Shown here: one piece after another, positions 1-7,776 of the stretch
How positions within the stretch are numbered: the first letter of the stretch is position 1
Layout: each line of letters begins with the position of its first letter
DNA from: Cryomorphaceae bacterium
GTDB taxonomy: Bacteria; Bacteroidota; Bacteroidia; Flavobacteriales; Flavobacteriaceae
Assembly: GCA_003331885.1 (NCBI GenBank)
Contig: QOPZ01000001.1
Coordinates: 20,710 to 84,709 of the forward strand
Direction: 5' to 3'
DNA: 64,000 nt
Position numbers and translations under genes: made by a program
The notes under the pieces: model-generated
The model's database searches: none
Told to the model about the DNA's origin: nothing
Seen by the model: only the letters and a program-made list of their open reading frames with translations

Positions 1-62
1 GGAGCAGATTGCTAATCTGTCGACGGGAAACTGTCGCCGGGGTTCGAATCCCCGTCTCTCCG
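1..62 (+). tRNA. tRNA-Ser (anticodon GCU), 5' part cut off by the window edge
   Basis: Anticodon stem gcaga(4-8)/tctgt(16-20) with loop ttGCTaa. Long variable arm at 21-36. T-arm cgggg-ttcgaat-ccccg (38-54). Acceptor 3' strand tctctcc plus discriminator g (55-62). No encoded CCA. Confidence 0.85.
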
Positions 63-67
63 CAAAA

Positions 68-106
68 ACCCTTGTAAGTCATTTATTTACAGGGGTTTTT
101 ATTTTT
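68..106 (+). terminator. Intrinsic terminator after tRNA-Ser, possibly bidirectional (A-run on the 5' side)
   Basis: 10-bp stem acccttgtaa(68-77)/ttacaggggt(87-96) followed by tttt-a-ttttt. The stem is GC-rich against an AT-rich background. Confidence 0.7.
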
Positions 107-162
107 GGTTGCCTGAATCGTTGCCTTTACTGCATAATTTAGACGACTAATTAAAAACACTT

Positions 163-921
163 TTAGTCTTTTGTTGAATCATATTTACTTTCAGCCCGAT
201 TTTGTATGTTCACTACTGAACGCATGAATTCCGGAAGGAACTGCATTACTTGATTATCGTTCGTATCATTAAGGCTATGCACCAATTCAGCTTTATCTCC
301 TATGGCAAGTTCTTTATATCTATCCACTACTCTTAGACCATGTGCAGGATCATGGATATCCCCAACCACTCCAGGTTCTTTTCGGTATGCAAGAAAAACT
401 GGGGGAGAGTTTTCTGTTATTGGTTCTAACATTTGTTCATAAAAAGATTTTCCCGGCAGTGCCTGACCCATATAAATTCCTACAATTCCCGGATCCATAG
501 AATGAGCTAGATACCAACTCACAAAGCTTCCCCTCGATTGTCCTCCAATAATAATATTTTCGATATTAAAATTATAGGTGTTGGCATTCTCTTTCACCCA
601 TTCAAACATAATTTTCGCATCCGCAACGCATATCTGATAATCAGAAGGCCCTTGAGCTTTTGCAATTGATTCCCAGCTAACTATAGCAGTTCCTTCCGCT
701 ACTGTAGGATCAGCCCAGGAACTTTTAACATCATTGGCAGTTGAACCATTATGGTGGGCATAAATAAATACCGGGGCGGGTTTACTGACAGACGGCAAAT
801 AAAGATTCAGCCATTGTCTGTCCTCCGGTCCATATGAAACATGATGGTAGGTTGGTGTTTTTACTTGTCCTAAAAGAATACAGGGTAAAAGCAATATTAT
901 GAAAATAAATGTAATCCTCAA
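163..921 (-). CDS. Secreted alpha/beta-hydrolase (esterase-like), family not resolved
   Basis: 252-aa ORF with an N-terminal signal peptide (FIFIILLLPCILLGQ). Nucleophile elbow GxSxG appears as GGQSRGS. GC is about 38-45% on the four lines I counted, above the neighbouring genes. Confidence 0.6.
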   Translation of the reverse strand: MRITFIFIILLLPCILLGQVKTPTYHHVSYGPEDRQWLNLYLPSVSKPAPVFIYAHHNGSTANDVKSSWADPTVAEGTAIVSWESIAKAQGPSDYQICVADAKIMFEWVKENANTYNFNIENIIIGGQSRGSFVSWYLAHSMDPGIVGIYMGQALPGKSFYEQMLEPITENSPPVFLAYRKEPGVVGDIHDPAHGLRVVDRYKELAIGDKAELVHSLNDTNDNQVMQFLPEFMRSVVNIQNRAESKYDSTKD

Positions 922-954
922 TTAAATATTTTTTTTAAAAATACATTTTTTGAA

Positions 955-1122
955 TTAAATGAAATGAAAAAATAACTCTTCTCTATCAATTAGAAACATA
1001 CCATTATTTTGTCTTTTGGCTTTGATTTGACCTTTCTTGATTTTGTCTCTTATGGTTCTTGGTGTTAGGTTTAATTCAAAAGCAACTTCCTTGGTAGTTA
1101 TAAACTTGGAATCTTTACCCAT
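955..1122 (-). CDS. Small helix-turn-helix DNA-binding protein, excisionase/MerR-like (HTH_17 type)
   Basis: 55-aa ORF below the track cut-off: MGKDSKFITTKEVAFELNLTPRTIRDKIKKGQIKAKRQNNGMFLIDREELFFHFI. The T-x-EVA-x-x-L-x-L-T-x-RTI-x-x-x-IKKGQI ... IDREEL pattern is the classic excisionase-family HTH. It lies 33 nt upstream of the esterase and is co-directional with it. Confidence 0.55.
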   Translation of the reverse strand: MGKDSKFITTKEVAFELNLTPRTIRDKIKKGQIKAKRQNNGMFLIDREELFFHFI

Positions 1123-1201
1123 TGCTTTATGAATGGTTTTATCAATTTGAGCTAAAATTTTTTGATAAGAGATATTTCTGTTACTGGTATCTAAAAAACA
1201 T

Positions 1202-1209
1202 TACATTTG
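1202..1209 (+). promoter_or_regulatory. Candidate Bacteroidota -7 promoter element (TAnnTTTG) for typA
   Basis: tacatttg lies 17 nt upstream of the typA ATG. No clear -33 TTG at the canonical spacing. Confidence 0.35.
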
Positions 1210-1225
1210 CGCAAAATTATAGTAG

Positions 1226-3025
1226 ATGAACTCTATTAGAAATATTGCAATTATTGCTCATGTTGACCACGGGAAAACTACACTGGTTGATAAAATATTA
1301 CATCATTGCAAATTATTTCGAGATAATAAAGAAATAGGTGAGTTAATATTAGATAACAATGATTTAGAAAAAGAAAGAGGAATTACAATACTTTCTAAAA
1401 ATGTTTCTGTTCAATATAAAGGAGTTAAAATAAATATTATAGACACACCTGGTCATGCTGATTTTGGAGGAGAAGTTGAAAGAGTCTTAAATATGGCTGA
1501 TGGAGTACTACTATTGGTTGATGCATTTGAAGGTCCAATGCCACAAACAAGATTTGTATTACAAAAGGCTCTCGATCTAAAATTAAAACCATTAGTAGTA
1601 GTAAATAAAGTTGATAAAGAAAACTGTAAGCCTGATGAAGTTTATGAGTCTGTATTTGATTTAATGTTTGAACTAGATGCTGAAGAATGGCAATTAGATT
1701 TTCCTGTCATCTATGGTTCAGCAAAAAACAATTGGATGTCAGAAGATTGGACAAATCAAACAGATAACATTGAACCACTTTTAGATTCTGTAATTAAGTA
1801 TATTCCAAAACCTAAAGTTTTAGATGGAACACCACAAATGCTTATAACTTCCTTAGATTACTCCTCATTCACAGGAAGGGTTGCTATTGGAAGATTACAA
1901 AGAGGTGTTTTAAACCAGGGTGATAATATTAGTTTAGTTAAAAGAGATGGATCAATTATAAAATCAAAAATTAAAGAGTTAAATGTTTTTGATGGATTAG
2001 GCAAATCAAAAGTTAATAATGTTAATTCTGGAGATATCTGTGCAGTTGTTGGACTAGAAAATTTTGAAATTGGAGATACGATCGCTGATTTTGACAATCC
2101 AGAAGCATTACCAACAATAAATATTGATGAACCAACAATGAGTATGCTATTTACAATTAATGATTCTCCATTTTTTGGAAAAGAAGGTAAATATGTTACA
2201 TCAAGACACATCAAGGAAAGACTAGAAAAAGAATTAGAAAAGAATCTAGCAATGAATCTTGAAGAAACTGGATCTGCCGATAAATTTTTAGTTTTTGGAA
2301 GAGGTGTTCTCCATTTATCTGTACTTATTGAAACTATGAGAAGAGAAGGCTACGAATTACAAATTGGTCAACCACAGGTAATAATTAAAGAAATTAATGG
2401 TGTAAAATCTGAACCTGTTGAAGAATTGATAATTGATTTACCAGAGCATGTTTCAGGCAAAGCAATTGAAATGGTTGCAGTCAGAAAAGGAGAAATGATA
2501 AGTATGGATGCAAAAGGTTCAAGAATGGTATGCAAGTTTATTATACCATCAAGAGGAATTATTGGATTAAGAAATTTACTAATTACTGCCTCCTCTGGAG
2601 AGGCAATTATGAATCATAGATTTATAGAATTTCAACCTTTTAAAGGTGATATGCCAAAAAGAATAAATGGTTCATTGATTTCAATGGAACAAGGAATAGC
2701 CATACCCTATTCACTAGATAAACTAAAGGATAGAGGCAGATTTTTTATCTTTCCAGGAGATGCCATATATACAGGTCAGGTAATTGGTGAGAATAATCGA
2801 GCTGATGATATCGTAGTAAATATTACCAAAACAAAGAAACTATCAAACGTAAGAGCTGCTGGTACTGATGATAAGGTTAAATTAGCTCCTCCAATACAAT
2901 TTGGATTAGAGGAAGCATTAGAATATATCCAAAAAGATGAATATGTTGAGGTTACCCCAGAAACCATAAGACTAAGAAAAATTTATCTTGATGAAAACAA
3001 AAGAAAAAGAGAAGGTAAAAATTAA
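1226..3025 (+). CDS. typA: Translational GTPase TypA/BipA
   Basis: 599 aa. G1 AHVDHGKTT, G3 DTPGHADF, G4 NKVD. Full-length EF-G-like domain order typical of BipA. Confidence 0.95.
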   Translation: MNSIRNIAIIAHVDHGKTTLVDKILHHCKLFRDNKEIGELILDNNDLEKERGITILSKNVSVQYKGVKINIIDTPGHADFGGEVERVLNMADGVLLLVDAFEGPMPQTRFVLQKALDLKLKPLVVVNKVDKENCKPDEVYESVFDLMFELDAEEWQLDFPVIYGSAKNNWMSEDWTNQTDNIEPLLDSVIKYIPKPKVLDGTPQMLITSLDYSSFTGRVAIGRLQRGVLNQGDNISLVKRDGSIIKSKIKELNVFDGLGKSKVNNVNSGDICAVVGLENFEIGDTIADFDNPEALPTINIDEPTMSMLFTINDSPFFGKEGKYVTSRHIKERLEKELEKNLAMNLEETGSADKFLVFGRGVLHLSVLIETMRREGYELQIGQPQVIIKEINGVKSEPVEELIIDLPEHVSGKAIEMVAVRKGEMISMDAKGSRMVCKFIIPSRGIIGLRNLLITASSGEAIMNHRFIEFQPFKGDMPKRINGSLISMEQGIAIPYSLDKLKDRGRFFIFPGDAIYTGQVIGENNRADDIVVNITKTKKLSNVRAAGTDDKVKLAPPIQFGLEEALEYIQKDEYVEVTPETIRLRKIYLDENKRKREGKN

Positions 3026-3064
3026 AGTATAAAAATAGCTAACCAATAATTTTTATCTTTAATT

Positions 3065-3505
3065 ATGTTTTCAATTAAAATTGACGAAACCTTAATAAAA
3101 GATGTTACTGAAATTAATATTGATTTAGTATTTCCTCATGAAAAGGTGATTGTAAATAAAAAAGAAATTTTAAAAAACAATTTAAAATACAAAGATGAAT
3201 ATGTCATTATTTCATCAATTATAATATGTATGAAAACTCATATGATAATTGATGGTCATCACAGATACTTTGCCCTAAAGGAATTAGGAATTGAAAAAAT
3301 ACCAGTTACACTTATTAATTATTTTTCAGAAAAAATAAAAACTGATGATAACAATTCATTTTCAAAAAAAGAAATTATAGAAAACGCAAAAAAAGGTAAT
3401 TTGTATGAACCTAAAAGCACAAAACACTTAATTTACTGTGAAAAAGAATCCAAATGGGTTCCAATAACACTTATTTCTGCACTTTTTAATCTAAAGTTAA
3501 ATTGA
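3065..3505 (+). CDS. Stand-alone ParB/sulfiredoxin-fold (ParB-like nuclease domain) protein, function unknown
   Basis: 146 aa. The core IIDGHHRYFALKELGIEKIPVTLINY lines up with the sulfiredoxin/ParB-N motif (G-G-C-H-R-Y-x-A ... IP-x-x-L). No ParB GERRxRA box, HTH or dimerisation domain. Confidence 0.55.
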   Translation: MFSIKIDETLIKDVTEINIDLVFPHEKVIVNKKEILKNNLKYKDEYVIISSIIICMKTHMIIDGHHRYFALKELGIEKIPVTLINYFSEKIKTDDNNSFSKKEIIENAKKGNLYEPKSTKHLIYCEKESKWVPITLISALFNLKLN

Positions 3506-4414
3506 ATCAATTATATGTTTAGCAGTATCAATATCATTAAATTTTGGTTCCCATTTAATGTCATTCCTTAAAATTGAATCATCAATTTTTTTTGGCCAAG
3601 AATCTGCAATCTTTTGTCTGTAATCAGGTTTATATTTTACATTTAAATCATATCCAATTGAATTTATAATATTATTCCATTTAGATGGAGATGTTTCAAA
3701 TGATGAAATATTATAAGGATAATTAATTGAAATATTTTTTTTATCAGCATTCATAAGCATAATTGAGGCTTCAATTGCATCATCAATATGCATCATAGGA
3801 AGAAAGGTTTCACTATTTAAAAAACAATTATAATTTTCATTATTCTTTGCGCTAAATAACATGTCAACTATATAATCAGTAGTTCCCCCTCCTGGTTTTG
3901 TGCTTGATACAATTCCAGGAAACCTTATAGATCTTATGTCAATAATTTTTTTTGAATTAAAGTAAAACATTGCTTTTTCACAAGATAATTTAGAAACACC
4001 ATACATTGTTTCAGGAAACATTGGTTCCTCATTATTTACAAAATCTAGATTAGAGTTTTTCCCAAAGACTGCTATTGTGCTTGGCCAAAAAACTTTTTTA
4101 ATATTATTATCAATGCAGAGTTTAATAATATTCATAAATCCAGAATTATTGATATACCATGTTGACATTGGATTGTTTTCGCCTTTAGCTGAAAGAATTG
4201 CAGCAAAATTATAAACCTGATTTATTTTATATTTTTTGATTAATTCATTACCTTTTTCTAAATCCAGAATATCGTAAAATTCAAAATCACAAGAAATGTT
4301 ATTAGGTTTTTTTATATCAGTAGCTAAAATATAATTACCGGCTTTAGTTAATGAATTAATAAAAAATTCTCCTAACTGACCCAATGCACCTGTAATTAAA
4401 ATTCTATTATTCAA
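3497..4414 (-). CDS. tdh: L-threonine 3-dehydrogenase of the extended-SDR (UDP-glucose-4-epimerase-like) type
   Basis: 305 aa. N-terminal Rossmann motif ITGALGQLG and catalytic YxxxK (YGVSK). Divergent from kbl with a 37-nt spacer, the usual tdh-kbl pairing. Confidence 0.65.
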   Translation of the reverse strand: MNNRILITGALGQLGEFFINSLTKAGNYILATDIKKPNNISCDFEFYDILDLEKGNELIKKYKINQVYNFAAILSAKGENNPMSTWYINNSGFMNIIKLCIDNNIKKVFWPSTIAVFGKNSNLDFVNNEEPMFPETMYGVSKLSCEKAMFYFNSKKIIDIRSIRFPGIVSSTKPGGGTTDYIVDMLFSAKNNENYNCFLNSETFLPMMHIDDAIEASIMLMNADKKNISINYPYNISSFETSPSKWNNIINSIGYDLNVKYKPDYRQKIADSWPKKIDDSILRNDIKWEPKFNDIDTAKHIIDSI

Positions 4415-4451
4415 AAAACACTTAAATTAGATCTCAAAAGCTATAAAAAAT

Positions 4452-5639
4452 ATGTATAATTCACTAAAAAAAAGACTAAAAATTGAGATTGATGAAATTA
4501 AAAATTCAGGAAGATATAAAAGTGAAAGAATTATTACATCAATGCAAAAATCTGTAATAAATACAACGGGAAATGAAGTCATTAATTTTTGTGCTAATAA
4601 TTATTTAGGTCTAGCTTCTAATCCAGAAATTATTGAAGCTGCTAAAAAAGCTCTTGATTCTCATGGTTTTGGACTGGCTTCTGTTAGGTTTATATGTGGA
4701 ACCCAGGATATACATAAAGAATTAGAAGATAAAATTTCAAGATTTTTAGAAACTGAAGACACAATATTATATGCTGCAGCATTTGATGCAAATGGAGGTC
4801 TATTTGAACCGCTATTTGATAATAAAGATGCAATTATTAGTGATAGTTTAAACCATGCTTCGATTATTGACGGTGTTAGACTATGCAAAGCTGCAAGATT
4901 TAGATACTTGAACAATGACATGAATGATTTAGAAGACAAATTAAAAGAAGCATCTGACTATAGAAATAGAGTTATAGTTACAGACGGCGTTTTTTCTATG
5001 GATGGAACTTTAGCTCAACTAGATAAAATATGTGATTTAGCAAATAAATATGATGCTTTAGTCTTTGTTGATGATTGTCATGCAACTGGTTTTATTGGGC
5101 TAAATGGAAAAGGAACTCAAGAAGAACTTAATGTTATTGGAAAAGTTGATATTATTACAGGTACATTAGGAAAAGCTTTGGGAGGCGGAAGTGGAGGATT
5201 TACATCAGGAAAAAAAGAAATTATTGATATCTTAAGGCAAAAATCCAGACCATATCTATTTTCAAATACTCTAGCTCCAAGTATAGTTGGGGCATCTTTA
5301 AAGGCAATTGATTTAATTGAAAACAATAACTCAATTATCGAGAAATTAAAAAACAACACTATGCTTTTTAGAGAAAAAATGTCAAAATTAGGTTTTGACA
5401 TAAAGGGTGAGACTCATCCAATAGTGCCAGTTATGATTTATAATGATAAAACTGCCTCATTGATGTCAGATTATTTATTGAAAAAAGGAATATATGTTGT
5501 CGGATTTTCATATCCAGTAGTTCCAAAAGGTTTATCAAGGATTAGAGTTCAAATTTCATCTTCACATTCAAAAGAACAAATTGAAAAAGCTGTAAATTTA
5601 TTTGAGGAAGCAGGTAAAAAATTTGGAATTATTAAATAA
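4452..5639 (+). CDS. kbl: 2-amino-3-ketobutyrate CoA ligase (glycine C-acetyltransferase)
   Basis: 395 aa, alpha-oxoamine synthase family. PLP-lysine context TGTLGKALGGGSGG. Paired with tdh. Confidence 0.85.
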   Translation: MYNSLKKRLKIEIDEIKNSGRYKSERIITSMQKSVINTTGNEVINFCANNYLGLASNPEIIEAAKKALDSHGFGLASVRFICGTQDIHKELEDKISRFLETEDTILYAAAFDANGGLFEPLFDNKDAIISDSLNHASIIDGVRLCKAARFRYLNNDMNDLEDKLKEASDYRNRVIVTDGVFSMDGTLAQLDKICDLANKYDALVFVDDCHATGFIGLNGKGTQEELNVIGKVDIITGTLGKALGGGSGGFTSGKKEIIDILRQKSRPYLFSNTLAPSIVGASLKAIDLIENNNSIIEKLKNNTMLFREKMSKLGFDIKGETHPIVPVMIYNDKTASLMSDYLLKKGIYVVGFSYPVVPKGLSRIRVQISSSHSKEQIEKAVNLFEEAGKKFGIIK

Positions 5640-6647
5640 ATGAGTAAACCAACAATAATTGATATATCAAAAGCAACTGGATTTTCAAAATCAACAATTT
5701 CAAAAGCATTAAGTGATAGTAAAGAAATTAGTAAAAAAACTAAAAGTATTATTGTAAAATATGCAAAAAAAATTAATTATAAACCAAATTTTTATGCGAG
5801 TCATCTTAGGAAAAGTATTGTAAAAAATGTTGCTATAATTATTCCTGATATTCTAAATTATTATTTTGCTAAAGTTTTAAAGGGTGCACAACAAGAGTTT
5901 TTCAATAGAGGATATGATCTTATGTGTTTTTTTAATGAAGAATCAGTATCAAAAGAAAAAAAAATACTTGAAAAGCTAAAAAATGGGAGTATTGCTGGAT
6001 TAATGATATCCCCTGCAAAAAACCCTTTTTCAAAAAAAATATCTGAACAACTTATTGAAATTCAAGATTATAAAATTCCAATTGTAATGTTTGACAGAAT
6101 TGTTGGTGACTTTAAATGTGATAAAGTTTTTATTGATGACTTTCAAAGTTCATTTAATATTGTTAAACATTTAGTTTCAAAAGGAAAGAGAAAAATAGCT
6201 TTAGTTTCTCCTATTCATGACACTCTTATTGGCAAACAAAGATATGATGGCTACAAAGAGGGCCTTAAAGTAGAAAAAATTGATTATGATGATGATTTAT
6301 ATATTCCTTTAAACAGTGGTAATACCATACAAAGTGAAATAACAAAACTTGCATCCTCAAAAAAAATTGATTCAATTATTTGTATTGAACAACACATTAC
6401 GGTAGCAATTCATAGTTTGCTGTTAAATTTAAACTTTAATATTCCAAAAGATATTGCAATAGTAGGTTTTACTGACGGGCCATTATTTGAATATACAAAG
6501 CCAAGTATTACCTCTGTTAATCAGCATGGTGAATATATTGGTAAATTATCAGCTAAAATTCTTATTGATAGAATAGAAAATAATAATGATTTAGATTTTG
6601 TAGAAGAAAGAGTTCCAACATCTTTAACAATAAGAAAGTCTACATAA
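5640..6647 (+). CDS. LacI-family transcriptional regulator
   Basis: 335 aa. N-terminal HTH TIIDISKATGFSKSTISKALS plus a periplasmic-binding-protein-like sugar-binding core. Its ATG directly abuts the kbl stop (TAAATG). Confidence 0.85.
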   Translation: MSKPTIIDISKATGFSKSTISKALSDSKEISKKTKSIIVKYAKKINYKPNFYASHLRKSIVKNVAIIIPDILNYYFAKVLKGAQQEFFNRGYDLMCFFNEESVSKEKKILEKLKNGSIAGLMISPAKNPFSKKISEQLIEIQDYKIPIVMFDRIVGDFKCDKVFIDDFQSSFNIVKHLVSKGKRKIALVSPIHDTLIGKQRYDGYKEGLKVEKIDYDDDLYIPLNSGNTIQSEITKLASSKKIDSIICIEQHITVAIHSLLLNLNFNIPKDIAIVGFTDGPLFEYTKPSITSVNQHGEYIGKLSAKILIDRIENNNDLDFVEERVPTSLTIRKST

Positions 6648-6653
6648 TTAAGC

Positions 6654-7775
6654 TTAATTTATTGGGTAAATATGATTACTTTTTTTGATCAAAGAGTTTT
6701 TTATAGAGTAAAATGCTTTGGTTGGGTTTAAATCCTTGTCATAAATAGTTAATATATTTTTTGGAAAATTTCCAGGACCTTTTTTATTTACTAAACCCCA
6801 ATGATTTAATGTTATTATACCAGACTTTCTTTTTGCAATTAATGTGTTTACTATATTCATATATGAAATAGACTGTCTGTTCAACACATCAACAGAGTTT
6901 GGATCTTCATCCCTTAACCAATAATTAAGCTCCGTAACATGAAAACCCATACCATTTGAATGACACCAATCAATAAGGTTCGATAAATAATCTAAATCTC
7001 TTCTCATTAAACCAACACCGTTTTTATTCCTGAGATGTGCTTGCCACCCCAAACCATCAACTCTTAATCCTTTACTTTTTAAATATTGAATAGTTTCTAA
7101 AACCTTTTCCCACATTTTTCTTTCCATTCCTCCGTTATGGTTGTAAACTAGCTTAACATTGGGTGCATATTTTTGAGCAATTTGAAAGGCTTTAATTATG
7201 TAAATAGGGAAACCATCAGAATTAATACCAATTTGTGTCCATGGATTTTCCCAACTTGAATCACCAGGTTTTTCGGAGAACCATTCTCCATTTCTTAAAA
7301 CAGTTTCATTTACAACATCCATCCATTTAACATTAGGTTCATTATTAATTCTTAAACATAGCTCAGTGAAATATTCCTCCATGTTTAGAATTAACTCTTC
7401 CTTTGTTCTATTATCATTTTTTGCCCATTTAGAAGCTTGAGGACTAATTGGACCATGGATTCTGACAGTCAAATTATTTTTATTTGCAAAATCAATCCAT
7501 TCATTGTGTCTATCCCAATTCCAAACTCCTGGACTAGGATGAATTCTAGTTTGCTTGGAGGCATTTTCTGGGGTTAGGTAATTAAATTCATCTAAGAATA
7601 ATTGTTCGACTTTAGAGTTTTTATTTAAGGATGAATATGCAAAAGTAGCTCCAACGTAAAAAGAATCGATAGAATATCCTGAATCTTTTAATATATTTTT
7701 TACTGAATATTTATCCTGACTAAAAGATAAAAAGAATCCAAATAATAATATTAAAACAGATTTTAAAAACTTCAA
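6654..7775 (-). CDS. GH10 endo-1,4-beta-xylanase (secreted)
   Basis: GH10 catalytic glutamates lie in VVNET and HVTELN; WNWD and IHGP blocks are present. The track ORF starts at TTG 7820 and overlaps the symporter. I prefer TTG 7775, which gives (M)KFLKSVLILLFGFFLSFSQ as the signal peptide, 2 nt after the upstream stop. Confidence 0.85.
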   Translation of the reverse strand: MKFLKSVLILLFGFFLSFSQDKYSVKNILKDSGYSIDSFYVGATFAYSSLNKNSKVEQLFLDEFNYLTPENASKQTRIHPSPGVWNWDRHNEWIDFANKNNLTVRIHGPISPQASKWAKNDNRTKEELILNMEEYFTELCLRINNEPNVKWMDVVNETVLRNGEWFSEKPGDSSWENPWTQIGINSDGFPIYIIKAFQIAQKYAPNVKLVYNHNGGMERKMWEKVLETIQYLKSKGLRVDGLGWQAHLRNKNGVGLMRRDLDYLSNLIDWCHSNGMGFHVTELNYWLRDEDPNSVDVLNRQSISYMNIVNTLIAKRKSGIITLNHWGLVNKKGPGNFPKNILTIYDKDLNPTKAFYSIKNSLIKKSNHIYPIN

Positions 7776-7776
7776 T

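Noticed and set aside
1858-2214. A 118-aa ORF antisense in typA, plus the many similar 60-110-aa antisense ORFs in the track (2776, 4661, 5117, 10458, 12653, 12689, 13393, 22513, 22749, 24747, 28072, 30236, 30783, 32090, 32928, 33008, 40952, 42638, 45456, 47498, 48693, 50885, 55406, 56575, 57743, 61662)
   Set aside because: Each is nested in or antisense to a gene with strong family motifs. None has its own motifs, signal sequences or plausible intergenic promoter. They are the expected stop-poor shadow frames.
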